Shown in pieces: positions 12,440 to 26,110 of a stretch of DNA of 64,000 bases. Numbering within the stretch: position 1 is the stretch's first letter; every line of letters begins with the position of its first letter. Where the stretch lies: the NCBI RefSeq assembly GCF_009914755.1, contig NC_060925.1, one strand, 5' to 3'. This DNA comes from the human T2T-CHM13v2.0 reference genome, Homo sapiens. The notes under the pieces are model-generated. The model saw only the letters and a program-made list of their open reading frames with translations, was not told the DNA's origin and made no database searches. The position numbers and the translations under genes were made by a program.

Positions 12440-14340
12440 TACTCTTTCATTCAAAAAATATAAATAGACTTCTAAGGATCACTAGATATTTGAGAAAAAT
12501 CACCATCACAAATAAATGTAGATTAACAAATAAAACACTGACCACAGGGGAAACCAAATAGAAGTGAACTTTTAAAATATTTCTAACTAGTGTGCTCAGA
12601 GATTCAAAGAAATATTACATCCATAAAACAAAAATTGGTGCTGTAAAAATAAAACATTCAAAGAGCAAACCAGAGTTATTGCACATTAAAGATGGAGTTG
12701 CTAAAGAAAAAGATCAATAGAACAACTAGACGACAAATTCAAGAAAATCCTCCAGACCCACAGATTAAAAGGACATAGGGACGGAAAATATTAGAGAAAA
12801 GTTAAGCAACATAGAGAATCAATGCCGTAGATGAACTATCCATTCAATGAGAGTTCCAGAAAATGAGTGCAGAGTAAATGGAAGGGAGAAAATAATTTAA
12901 AAAAGAAAGAAGAACAAGCAAATGCCTAGAGCTTACAAAAAAAAAATTACGAACTGGGTCCACATTTAAATATATCCCCTGGTAAAGTTTAGAAACACCA
13001 AGGATAAAAAATATCCTAAAAGTTTCTAAGAGAGGAAAAAATTAAGTTCATCACCTACAAAGCAACAAGTATCAGACCATCATTACTAAAACTATATGCT
13101 AGAAGTCAATGATCAAAGAAAAAATCATCTTAAATCTAGAATTCTAGCCAAACCAATTAAGGAGATGGGAGTAGATGAGTTTATAGAAATGCAAAGACCC
13201 AGAAAGTTAACCTCTAATGCACCCTTGTGTAAAGATCATTTGAAAGCATACTCTAACCAAGCGAAACAGACATCTAAGAGGAGAACTTGGGATCCAAAAA
13301 AAGTGGAAGTAAACCAGAGGGAAATGAATTGATATCCTATAGTAGCAATTCTCTGGAGGGCCGCCTAGAAAGTAACCAAGAAAATTAGAAAAGAGAACAG
13401 AGCTGTTTGAGAAAAATGTCTTCAAGAGTCAAGAAAATTTCCTATAGCAAGTAACTGGAATAAGAAGCTAGATGACCTTAATGATAAGGTGAAATAATAA
13501 CATTATTTTGTAAGCAAGAAGAAAGAAAAACAGTTAAGAATACCAGGAAAATTAACAAAGAGCTAAAAAGAAAATCATGGAATCATGGTCTAAATATACA
13601 AAAATGGAAATATAACAGAATTCTGAGCATGAGTAGAATGTATGAAAACAGAACACATCTGACATTGATTCTGAGAGCATCCCCCTCTCGAATAAAAGAG
13701 ATTTAACAACATAGAATTCATCCTCTCTCTGTGTCTAATTGCACTACTTGGTTCTGAAGAGAATACTAATTACATAATCATAATGTAAATACTGATTGAT
13801 TTCCAACTTATAAAATCAACATATAAACAAAACACAAAGACTTAATGGTAATTACAGAACAGAATTTAAATATTTTCAACCTAAACAATGTAAAAGTGAC
13901 AGAACAGCTAACAGGTTGTGGAGAAAGGGTGAATTTCTTATTTCATAGTGCAGAATTAGGAAATACTGTCTGAAGTTGAGATATCGAGAAAGATAGTCTT
14001 TCAAAATATAAATTAAATATATTATTTAAAATCACATAGGCAACAAAAATAAAGCAAAAGGAAAATTAGGAGGCTACTATAAACAAGTTATAAATTCTTC
14101 CTCCTCTACAGTAAAAAAATCAATAAACACTGTTTAAAGTCGAAAAACCAAGAAAAAGCAATATAAGCATTTAGGCAATTAAAGTTTGGACATAACCACC
14201 AGAAGAGCTAGAAACAGAAAAGGTTAAACCTAGAGACAGGTGACGGGGGGAAAGCGACATTTTAACTCTTGTTTTATATTGTTCTATATGGCTCAGGTAC
14301 TTATGTCTCTGTGCATATATTACTCTAATTAACTAAATAG
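12440..14340 (+). mobile_element. HAL1-like (half-L1, ORF1-derived) ancient LINE
   Basis: A-rich degenerate ORF1-like stretch (atagagaatcaatgccgtagatgaactatccattcaatgagagttccagaaa) followed by gaggagaacttgggatcc; no ORF2 sequence seen. Confidence 0.6.
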
Positions 14341-14602
14341 TGAGTGAAGAATATGCAAATGTAAATAAACAGAAGTTCTGGGCCAAGGGACTCAGCTACA
14401 GAGCTCTCTGAGGGAAAGGTTGTTTGAACAGAAAAGCCGTAGAGTAAGGAGCAACCTCCAGGAGCTCCCTCCAGTGAGCACCCCTCCAGGTGTTACAGAG
14501 CATAGGCCTAAAGGGCTGTAGTTGGCCACAGGCTCAAGAGGAGCCAATCATTTTAAGTGGTCTAAACTAGAGACTCTGCAGCAAGGAGAGCTGGGTGAAG
14601 GT

Positions 14603-14795
14603 CATATGACTTAGTGGTCAAAATTATAGACTTTGCAACACTCGGCCTTATCTGGACTGTCACTTACTAGCTATGTGACCTCAGGCAAGTGAGGAAAATA
14701 ATTATACCCATCCTTGAGGGGTCTGATGTGGCTTAAATGAGCTCATTTGTGTTAAGCATGTAGAACAAAGCATAAGATGAGTGTTAGCTATTATT
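14603..14795 (+). mobile_element. MIR SINE
   Basis: cacttactagctatgtgacctcaggcaagt...ttaaatgag...gttagctattatta. Confidence 0.75.
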
Positions 14796-14984
14796 ACCAT
14801 TATAAAGAATACAAATTGCAGCTTAAGGAGGAGCCTAAGGACAACAATGAATGTGTTGGCAATTCTGTTCAGTGATGATTCCCCGTAGCTTTTCCCCTCC
14901 TTAACTATTAGAGAGACAACTTGATTTTAGCTTGGGAAAAGAGAATGCCACTTTTGGGAACAACAACTATTAATACTAATACTA

Positions 14985-15290
14985 CTAATAAATGCTAACA
15001 TTTATTGAGCATTGACCAAATGCCAGGAAGTGTGCAAAACACTTTACATAGATTATCTCATTCCATCCTCACCACCATCAGGTGAGACAGGCTTTATTAT
15101 CTCCATTTTGTAGAAGAGAAAACAGAGGAATTATTATGTTGAACCATGTGAAAATGCTGTTATTCAACCATTTTTTTTTTACCTATGAACAATAGCAATT
15201 TGGAATAATTTAATTTTAGAAGCAAGTAGCCCAAGTCAGTTCTTAGCAGAACCCAGTTTCAAGCCTGTGTCCTGATATATTTCATGCTGT
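14985..15290 (-). mobile_element. MIR interrupted by MADE2
   Basis: gctaacatttattgagc...ttattatctccattttgtagaagagaaaacagagg. Confidence 0.7.
15132..15218. mobile_element. MADE2-like mariner MITE
   Basis: tattatgttgaaccatgtgaaaatgc...acctatgaacaatagcaattt resembles the ~80-bp MADE2. Confidence 0.7.
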
Positions 15291-15406
15291 TGAAAACACT
15301 TCTGCAAGGATGACTGGGGAGGGCACCCAGGACAATGAACTAAGCTGTATGGAAGAAGAGAAGATACAGGAAACACAGGGAAAGTAACTTGGACTTTTTT
15401 GTGTCA

Positions 15407-15745
<339 letters not shown>

Positions 15746-16789
15746 CTAAAATATTCTAATAGAGCCACAAGGTTAAATCCAAGTTTGTAGGACCTGATGC
15801 CATCAATTTGAAGGCTCCTCTTTTTCAAAAAAATTAATAAGTACATATGTAAAATTGGATATTTTCTGAATCATCTCTTAATGTGATCTTATACGTCCTT
15901 AGTCACTATGGGTGCTCTCCTCAGAAACTGCAAGGCTGTAGGCAGCCTTGCAGATGGGTTTTTATGAAATGCTTCAGGAAGCAGAGAGTGAAGGCATTGG
16001 AGGCTGCACACTTGTCAGAGTTAGGGAGAGCATTCCCGCATTGCACCCATGCAGAGACAGGGACAAACCCCATTCCATCTGGCAGCCTGGACCTGCTACA
16101 GCTGAGACGGTGGGCCTCAGGGGGACTCTATTGTTTTAATATGCAGTGCATCTCTCTTGAAAAGTCAGTGCCTGCTGAAAGGTCCCTTTACTCATCAGTG
16201 GGTTCAATCAGTGTTTTCCTACCCTAACCCCATCTTACCTGCCTAGCCTCCCTTTCTCCACACCCTCCTTCTTCTTTCATCACCTCTCAATACATCTCTG
16301 CTCCCCGAACACTTAAGCAGAGACTCAGGCTTCCTCTTCTTGTTACTTTCAGAAAATTCCGTAGGTGGAAAGAAATTTAATCGGTAATAATAATGCTTTC
16401 TATTTTTAGAGCTTCTGCCTTCTGAGCAACCCGAAGAATGCCACAGCTATAACAAAATCGGTTAAAGGGTTGAAAGGGTCTTCTAAAAGTCTTCTAGAAA
16501 AGTCTCCTGCAGTGAGGCAAAACTTCCCTGAAACCCACTTTGGGCAGGTGGTAGCCTCTCTTAATCTGACCCTAGAATCAAAATCAGCTCCATGCCTGGT
16601 ACTCTCAAGCTCCAGGAACTCTCCCCATCCCAGGCAGGCCCCTTCTTTGCATCCCCTGCTTTAATTCATCTTTCCCTGAAATGAGTGCAACAAACTCCTA
16701 GTGTTCTCCCAGCCTTTAGCCTCTTCTCTAACAACCTCTACCTACCAATACAATGAACTTTCTCAAACACAGCTCTGATCATCAGACTT

Positions 16790-17150
16790 GGAATGCATAA
16801 ATGGATATGCAAAGTGTCATGGGGACACAAGGGGGATGGGCGTTAAGAGAAAGTGTCGAAAGTTGAGATTCAAAAGATAGTAGGAGGTCACCAAAAAGGG
16901 TGGCAAGGAGGAGATATGGCAGGCAAAGGGTACAGCCAATACAAAGGATTGAGTCTTAAAGAACATGGATGTTTGAGGCACAGTAAGTAATGCACAGTGG
17001 AGTGGGGAGGGAAGCAGAGAGGAGCCAGCAGAAGAGAGGGTGGAAAGGAGTGAGGGGTCAGAGAGGAAGCCAAATCTTTTCTCTGGTGGCAGTAGAATAG
17101 TGGGGTGGTAGGAGCCACTGTGGAGCCTTGGGCAGAGTTCAGCTGAAAGA
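16790..17150 (-). mobile_element. L2 fragment
   Basis: gttgagattcaaaagatagtaggaggtcacc...catggatgtttgaggcacagtaagtaa. Confidence 0.55.
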
Positions 17151-17359
17151 CCCTGATCCCCAGAAGAAGAGACATGTATCAGAGAGGAAGGCACTAAAGG
17201 AAAACATAACAATATTGCTGTTTCACCCATTACCTGGGCTCCAAATTCCTTAAACTGTCTACCCCACCCCCATATACATACACACACATTTGCACACACT
17301 TCCCCTTCTAGAAAATGTAAATGATCCTAGTTACCTATTGCAGTTTCTGAACTGCAAGG

Positions 17360-17570
17360 TAGTATAGAGAGTCTTAGATCTGGAGTTAAAGGGCCTGGTT
17401 TCAAACCTGTTCATATGCATTTGGCCTCACTGCTGTGCTTCGTCTTCTTTAGCACTAAAATGCAGTAGTGACACCTCCTTCCTGGAGTAGTTGAGACTAT
17501 TGTTGGAAATATATATGAAATACCTAGGACAGGTCCTGGTACATAGGAAGTCTTCAGTCAATGCAACTTT
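17360..17570 (+). mobile_element. MIR SINE
   Basis: gatctggagttaaagggcctggtttcaaacct...cctggtacataggaagtcttcagtcaatg. Confidence 0.6.
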
Positions 17571-18495
17571 AATGTAAATTTTGTTTTCTTTAAGATCATC
17601 TCTACAATACCCCAAGAGTTCCATGCCCCCTAAGCCTTTAGGTAGAAGCTATCTTTGACAGGCAAGGGACATATGTAGGCTCTAGCTAATTGCACTGCCG
17701 ATGCTGCTCCAGCAAGGCTTTGCTTGGATTTTTCTGGCATGGAGTTGAGATAGGGCTAACACGTATAGAGAGCTAGGCTAATGGGGAACCCTGGGGGGTG
17801 TATTCATGTGCGCACACACACACACATGTGCATATGTAGGTACTGCTCATGCTGAAGGGAGGAGGGAAAGAGGGTTGGATAAAGCAAATGAACGCAAAAA
17901 AGTGGAGCAAAATCCAGCTGTGCAAAAGAGGGTTAAAGTAGATGAAAGGCTGGAGAGGGGATCAGCGCCCAGCTTGCGTAGTCCTCATTGTCACCTGGGT
18001 GGGCACACATGGACACTGCAGAAGGGGACTGCCCACACCCTCTCAGTGGAATCTCCCAGTTGGGCCACTCAAGTTCAAAAGGACTCCTTCCCTCAGTGCA
18101 CTCTCTCCAAGCTGAAGACATTCTCCAGGGCTTAGGGCTGGGGGTTGGGCGGAAGGGAGGATAACTCCACCAGCATTCAGCGACCCGCCAATAGTTTCCA
18201 GGGCTTCCTCTGAGGAAAGGTTCTCTGAGCACATGCTTTTCCGTGACATCACTGTCAGTGACCTTTGGGGTCCAGTAGGGTGGAGTCTGAAGGGAAGGGG
18301 ACAGGCCACAATTCTTTGGTCACCACAAAGGTTGGGATTGTGAGCCGCCCAGAGCTGGATAGCCGCCTCAATGAGGACAATGTCTCTTGCTGGACTGGGA
18401 ATGGCTTCCCTGCCGGAGGATACTGCAGGACTATAGTGGACCTGTTGTTTTTGCTTTTTTTCTATATTAAAAAGCACATTGTTGAGCACAGAGGT

Positions 18496-18504
18496 CATGT
18501 GTGC

Positions 18505-18537
<33 letters not shown>
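18496..18537. repeat. (GT)n microsatellite
   Basis: Alternating purine/pyrimidine run seen directly. Confidence 0.97.
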
Positions 18538-18539
<2 letters not shown>

Positions 18540-20204
18540 AGCGTAAAGAGTCTTGGAAAATTGAATTTTGCTTTTAGAACAAGAGATGATGATGTGGAGC
18601 AGAAAACTTACAGCCTAGCTCATAGAAAGAAGTGCATTTTTGCTTTTTGGAAGCCTGGAGAATGAAGGAAGGAGGGGAGAAAGGAGAGGAGGAGGGGAAG
18701 ACTTTTGCTGGTATTTCAATAACACCAAGCAGCACTGAAAGAGATCAATATGCCCAATGAGTCCAAAGCTGATTACAGTCGAGCAAACACAGTCAACTGC
18801 CCTGTGTTCACTTAAAGTAATAGCCTTAAACACTTGGAGGAAGTAACTCAATTACCTTATTGATTTGGGATTTCAGCCACCGCCCCCATCATACAACACA
18901 CATGAATACCACCACAGACCCATACATATTATTTGTTTTTGTTTTGTTTCTTTTTAAAAACTAATGTGACTGGCATGACCTGCTCCATTAGCTTGGAAAA
19001 TAAATAAAATGATATCTGTTTTTCATATGCACATTAATCACTCAAGTCACCACCTGCCCAAAATGAAGGATGGCCAGTTTCACATCTCTTGGGATCTCCT
19101 CCCCCAAAACTGAAGAGCCCCAGGTGCTCACTTAGCCCAAATTGGTTAGTGTAAGGAAATAATTGAGAAATCTGATCAGTTCAGCAGCCCCCTCCTCCCA
19201 CACTCCCATTTCCTGCTGTCATCTCTTGTAGCCCCTGCCACATGGGGCTGCTGATGAAACCACACAGCCCCACACAGATTGATATCTTGTCACTGCTGGG
19301 CCCATGCCTGGCTAGCCTAGACCCCTACATGGACAACAGTGTTTCTTGAGGGAGGACGATCCTGCTGCGTTAGTGTTCACCCACGCACTCATCTATTTAC
19401 ATTCATGTAAGGTCCGGCTGTTCCAAAGCCAGGTCCTCAAAATAGGGGGGCCTCCAATGACAGCCAGAAGCAGTCCTCCCTGGAGATTTCTCCACCGGAG
19501 GCTCCTGAGACATTCTCCTACTAACAGACCTCCGCCAGGGCCAGCAAAATCATCACAACTTATGCCACTGACTTGCAAAAGCTCAGCAGGGACTGGAAAA
19601 TGTCTCAGACCCTATTGAATCCAATGTCCTTGTTTTACATATGAGGAAAATGAGGCCCAGCTGACTCAAGTGACACATACAGAGCCACACTATGACCCTG
19701 GAGAATGCTACCTTCCCAGGGGTGGGGGTGAGGTGCCAGTGAGGCCAGCAACTCTTGGTTCCACACCTGGAAAACATCAGGAGGTATATGTGGAAAGGTG
19801 GCCCTTCAGTTACCCCAACCCCATTCTCCCCAATGCCACACTTGTGCAAATGCCTGGCCACAGAGAAGTCCCACATGTCGGCCTCTGCACCGAATGCCCC
19901 ACATCACAGAACCCTTAGTTCTGGGCAAACTGGGACAGTTGGTTACCCTAGACTCTGCTCTAGTGATTAGCCTCCTCTTGTGCCATAGTTTCAAACTCTC
20001 CCTCTCAACGGGCTCTTCTCTATAAGCTTGAACCTTTCCCGCATTTAAATTGTAAAAGTCCCTTCATCTAACATTTCTCTCTCCACACTCGTCACCTCAC
20101 CATTCTCCTCCACTCTGCTTTTGCCTTTCCCGTCTCTCTTCTCTTCTGTCCTTTCCCATTTTTCCTCTCTCAAGTGTAAAATAAAGTCCTGCATGTGTGC
20201 CCGT

Positions 20205-20206
<2 letters not shown>

Positions 20207-20244
<38 letters not shown>
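20207..20244. repeat. (AC)19 microsatellite
   Basis: Seen directly. Confidence 0.97.
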
Positions 20245-20249
<5 letters not shown>

Positions 20250-20819
20250 CATGTTCATCTCCCTTGTGCAGTATACTGGGTGAGAAAGGTCGCAGCTCTA
20301 GTAGCTTCTTTGGTGGCCACGTGGCAGTGTGCTGAACCTGGAAAGACTCCAGGAGTGGCAAGGCCTGGTGCTACCTAAGTACTGGGAAGGCAAGGGCTGG
20401 GTGGCAGGAAGGAGGACGAGACCAGGCTAGTCTTCCAGAAATGCCCCAGCCCCTGCAGCTCCTCTCCCTGTCAGGTGGAAACAGCCGAGATTCATCCTCA
20501 TGGCCTGGGGATTCCAGGCATCCAGCTGCGGAGGCAGAGGAAACCCCCAAACCAGCTCAGTAGGTATGAGCGGCATTTGTTCTGCTGCTTCAGATGAAAA
20601 GGTCACCAGCACTTGTCTCCACCCTCCACCCCCACTGCCTGTCTTCCTCTTTCTGAAGAAAAGGTTTTTATGTTGTAGAAGCTCCTTCTTGACGTGTGCA
20701 CGCTCCACCCTTCATGTCCTCACAGGAGCTGTCTGAGTGGTTTACAGGAGACCCTTTATCTTCCTGACACCCAGGCTGACAATGTGCTATATACTGAGGA
20801 AAGAGAAGGGAATGTCACC

Positions 20820-21110
20820 AAAAATTATTGAACACCGACTAAGTGTCAGGCATCATTCTACAAGGTAAGGATACAGTGGTGATTAAGACTGAGGTGTTCC
20901 CTGCTCTCATGGAGCTGACATTCTAATGGGAAAACAAAATATACAGGTAGACATACATAGTAATTATAGATTGTAGAAGTGCTAAGAAGGAAAATAACAG
21001 GGCATTATGGTACAGGACAACACAAGGGACTTCCTTGGGGGTAGAAGGAATTTCTCAGATGCTTTCTGAGTAAAAAGCATTTAAACTAAGGCCTGAACAG
21101 TGGGACTGGA
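20820..21110 (-). mobile_element. L2 fragment
   Basis: ttattgaacaccgactaagtgtcaggc...ccctgctctcatggagctgacattcta. Confidence 0.7.
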
Positions 21111-21342
21111 GAAGACACAATTTGGGGTGGAATTTAAAGGCATGCTCATACAGCCCTATAATGTCTGTGTTATCGTCACCCACAATTTATGTGTCAAGGA
21201 ATCAAGGATCTCAGAGATGAGGTCATGTGCCCGGCAGCATGGTTTAAGCCAATGTGATCAATACCAAAGCTAGGCTTTCTTTGTTACCTTCCCTTGCTTG
21301 GGGAATCTATACTTGCATTCTGAATACTAAAAAGCATCTGGG

Positions 21343-21759
<417 letters not shown>

Positions 21760-22424
21760 CTACATGCCCATGGCTGACCAATAGCGTTCTTGAAAAACAA
21801 GCCAAGGGCATAAGCAAGAGCTCAGAGATGGAGTATGAAAGGGGTACAAGGCAAGGAAGATCCTGAAGGTCAGAGTCCCTGAGCAGGGCAGCGCCACAAG
21901 GACAGAGCCAGGCCAGGCAGAGAGGAGGGGGTGCAGACTCAAGCTGGGGACTCTGTGAGTTCAGGCAAGAAGCTGTCTCTTCCAGAATACAGCTGAGGAC
22001 CACAGAGAGGGACTGGAAAAGCTGCCCCACCTTTCCATGACCCAGTACAACCATGAGAAAGTAGAGGAATTGATCCAGTTCCCTGGATCAGTCCATCCAT
22101 CAACATTTTCTGAATATTTAGCTCATAGGTCTCAAGTACTGCATGTAGTATGGTGAGAAATTCAAAGAGCACAGAACCATGATCTCAACCCTGCAGGAGC
22201 CGAAAACCTCCTTGAAAAGACATGTTCCTGCTTCTGAAACAACCGAACAGCACTTCGACTTGCAGCTGGTGGCACAGCCAGGTGGGCCTGGAGAATAGGG
22301 CTTCCTAAAGGAAGCAGACCCAGTGTGCATTAAGTTTTAAAGGTGGGGAAAGATCCAGATTGGCAGAGAGGTGGCAGAGTGGACATGTCATGTAAAGGAC
22401 ATGCCACTTAAAAGAGCACAGAGA

Positions 22425-22818
<394 letters not shown>

Positions 22819-22859
22819 TTACTTAAGGTTCCTGAGTCACAGAATGAAAGCAATGCTTT

Positions 22860-23075
22860 CAAAATTATAATAGTAATTCTTTGCTTGCATGTAACATCTA
22901 GCTCAATGTTTCTGATCATTCCACATATATTATTTCACTGGAGTCTCACAACCACCCACTGAGGGAGAAAGTTATCATTGCATTTTATAGCTGAGGAAAT
23001 GGACGGGAGAAGTAAAGTGACTTGCCTAAGGTCATGCATGTCAGGGAAGGAGCTGAGACTGGAACCCAGTCCATC
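22860..23075 (-). mobile_element. MIR SINE
   Basis: cattttatagctgaggaaa...aagtaaagtgacttgcctaaggtca. Confidence 0.7.
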
Positions 23076-23084
23076 AATCTGTGC

Positions 23085-23310
23085 AAAGGGGAATGCAGTA
23101 CCATGAAAAGGGCACAGATTTGGAAACCAGACAGATCTTCATTTTAGTGCCACTCCTGCTGGTGACTAATAAGCCTGGGACAGGTTATTTAACCTCTCTG
23201 AGTCTCAGTGTTCTAATTTTCAAATCAGTGATGATAAACCTTAGAGAGATGCAGGTTTATTGTGAGGTGAAAGAATGATGGCTCCTGGCACAGAAAAGAA
23301 TCCTACAAAT
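23085..23310 (+). mobile_element. MIR SINE, head-to-head with the preceding MIR
   Basis: ggttatttaacctctctgagtctcagtgttc...ttgtgaggtgaaag. Confidence 0.7.
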
Positions 23311-23674
23311 ATTCGTTTTCCTCCTCTTGTTCCACTGCTCCCCATTCAGGTCCTGAACAAACTAAGGAATTGGCCCAACATCCCCCTACCTCCCAGTTGT
23401 GCCGATGAAGCTCTGGGACAAGTGGTTCACCCTCACAACCAAGCAGCACTGATCTGGCTTTTGCAAAACCACGGCCCCATCCCATGTATGCAAGGGCTGT
23501 GCTGATGGCCAGACACTCAGCCACCCAGCACATCCCCATCTGAGAACATCTAAGTACTGGGAAGGCAAGGGCCTTCCCCACAGTAGTGGGAGAGAACACT
23601 GAGCTGTGGAGAGATGGGTGATTTGTGAAGCCGCACATCACACTCCACTCTTTCTTGATAGAGCAGGACCAGCT

Positions 23675-23743
23675 GGCCGGGCATGGTGGCTCATGCCTAT
23701 AATCCCAGCATTTTGGGAGGCCGAGGCGGGTGGATCATGAGGT
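23675..23743 (+). mobile_element. 5' fragment (~69 nt) of an Alu, 3'-truncated
   Basis: ggccgggcatggtggctcatgcctataatcccagc...ggatcatgaggt, then an abrupt T-run. Confidence 0.9.
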
Positions 23744-24544
23744 TTTTTTGTTTTTGAACAAACAAAACAGAATTTTAAAAAAACAGCCCACACACAAATA
23801 CTTGTTAGAAATCTCACCCTTGACTTATCACTTGGAATAAAAGCAATCGTTTATCCTGGCAAAGCTCTTTATTCTTTTGAAAACATTTTCATATACATTA
23901 TTTCACTTGATCCTCAGAACGCCAGAAGGGAGACGGTGCAGGCTTAACTGTTCCCTTTGAACAGATGAAAACTAAATGGCCTAGCAGCTGGAGTGAGGGG
24001 GACCCCGAGCTCCCAACCTCCTGCCCATGGTTCTCTCCCTCTCCTGGAGGCTCAGTTCAAAGTCCAGAGTCCATTCACTGGCAAGCTCAACTCTAACATC
24101 CAAAATCCTCCCCATCCCACTCAGCTACGGAAACATCAGAGATGCCCTCCTGAGGCTCATGCAACTAGTGGGGTGGAGGTGGCAGTTTCAAAAAGAGACA
24201 GCTAACCCTGGGCACATCCTGCAGGTGTGCTAAATTCCCCACTCAGAACAAACGGGGGTCCCTAAGCCCCTACCTGCCCAGGAGCCCTTCCTTCCTGCTC
24301 CAATCTCCCATTCCAATCCTCTCTTAACCTGGGATGCTCAGAGACGCAGAAGACCCATTTGGAGTCAGATCCCCTGAGGTCCCTGTTAGGTCTAGCCTTC
24401 AACTTCAGCTCGAGGATTTAGGCAAGTCAGTTCACTCCTAGAACCTCAGAGATCCTACATGAAGGCCAGGCTGCTAACCCAGACTACGCGTTGACTCCTA
24501 GGTACAGTAGACCTGCTCCATCCAGCAGTATGGAGGGGCCAAGG

Positions 24545-25520
24545 ACAAAAACAGCAAGCAAATATTTAGCTGCAACCACTAAGTGCTCCAGGCACTTAGA
24601 GTACATCCATGAACAGGCCTGACAAAGTGCCCTGCCTTCATGTGGCTTATGCTCTAGTGAGGTGAGACAGAAAACAAAGACCAAGTACATTAAAAGGTCC
24701 ATAGATGATGAGTGCTGCGTGAGAAAAGAGGCACAGGGTAGTGGAGCTGGAGTGTGCTGGGGGAAGGCGGGGAGCTGTGCAGGTTACTATTTTAAATAGG
24801 ATTGTCAAGAGCTTCATTGAGAGGTTGACATTTGAGCAAAAATTTGAAGGAATGAGGGAGTTGGCATATGGATATCTGGAGGAAAGGCATTCCAAGCAGA
24901 GAGTCAGCCAGAGCAAAAGCCCTAAGGAAGAGGGAGGAGGCCAGTGTGGCTGGAACAGAGGACTCAAGGGGGAGAGTTGCAGGAGATGAAGTCAGAGAGT
25001 GAACAGAAATCGGGTCCTGAGGTCACAGGGGATCCTGTAGGACATTGTAAGGACTTTAGCGTTTACTCTGAGTGAAATGGGGACATGTGCAGGATCTCAC
25101 ACAGAGGACTGAAATGATCTAAGTTTTAGTAGGATCAGTTGGCTGCCCTCTTGTGAACAGGCTGTAAAGCAGGGTCAAGGGTAAAAGCAAAGAGACCAGC
25201 CAGCAGGATGCTGCAGTGTTCCAGGTGTGGGGACCATGGTATCTGAACCAAGGGGCAGCAATGCAGTGCTGAGGAGTGGTCAGTTCTGGCTACATTATAA
25301 AAGGAGAGCCAGTGGGATTTCCTGAAAGGTGGGCTGTGGGAGAGGGAAGGGAGAGAGGGAGAAGGAGACAGGATCCAAGTCAGCTCTGAGGAATTGGGCC
25401 TGAGCACCTGGAAAAATGGAGATGCCGTCCACTGAATGGGGAAAGCTAGACGGAGCAGGTGGGTGTGGAAGATCAGGAGTTCAGGTTGGATGTGTTGAGC
25501 TTAAGATGGCAGGTGATGGC
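24545..25520 (-). mobile_element. L2 (L2a-like) ~1-kb fragment
   Basis: caaagtgccctgccttcatgtggcttatgctctagtg...gtaaggactttagcgtttactctgagtgaaatggg...gatcaggagttcaggttgga. Confidence 0.85.
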
Positions 25521-25889
25521 TAAGTGGACCACCTGTTGAGGTGGCAGCCACTGAAGCCAGCTGCCATATGCTTGCCGATAACTGCCAGGTCAGAAAGCCA
25601 GTGCCTGCCTCCTTTGCCCAGTCCCCAGCATGGACAGCACATGAGGGAGGCTGACTTCCCCACCTCATTTTGTAATCACTGGGAACCCAGCTGTCCAGGC
25701 CTCACTCCCTGGCCCACTCTCTATCCCCAAGGTAGCTCTGAAGGCTCTGTGGCTGATGGGAAGTATTTCAGAACAAGTCTAATGATGTCTGGGAAATCTC
25801 CAAGGATGGACTAAGTTCTTAATCTGCTCCTTGGATTGAACCCCCATCCAGGGATGCCTGCTCTAGGCCTTATGACAATAAAAACTTCA

Positions 25890-26110
25890 GACTCAGCCAA
25901 CACTAACTGAGCACCTACTGCAGGCCAGGCACCCTGTGGGGCACTTTAACTTGTATCTTCCATTTGATTCTCATCACAACTATAGATATTGTTATCCCCT
26001 TTAGAAGACGAGGCAACTAAGACACAGAAAGAGTCAAACTTGCCCAGTGTCACAGAAACAGTAAGTATAGAGACTAATATTTGAACCAGTCTTTTCATTC
26101 CAATCCTGCT
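25890..26110 (-). mobile_element. MIR SINE
   Basis: ctgagcacctactgcaggccaggcacc...aacttgcccagtgtcacag. Confidence 0.7.

Noticed and set aside
21889-21909. REST/RE1-like cagcgcc-acaa-ggacagagcc
   Set aside because: The left half is mismatched and the 4-nt spacer is non-canonical.
22381-22406. p53-like half sites GGACATGTCA and GGACATGCCA
   Set aside because: Each half is imperfect and they are separated by a 6-nt spacer, which makes a weak element.
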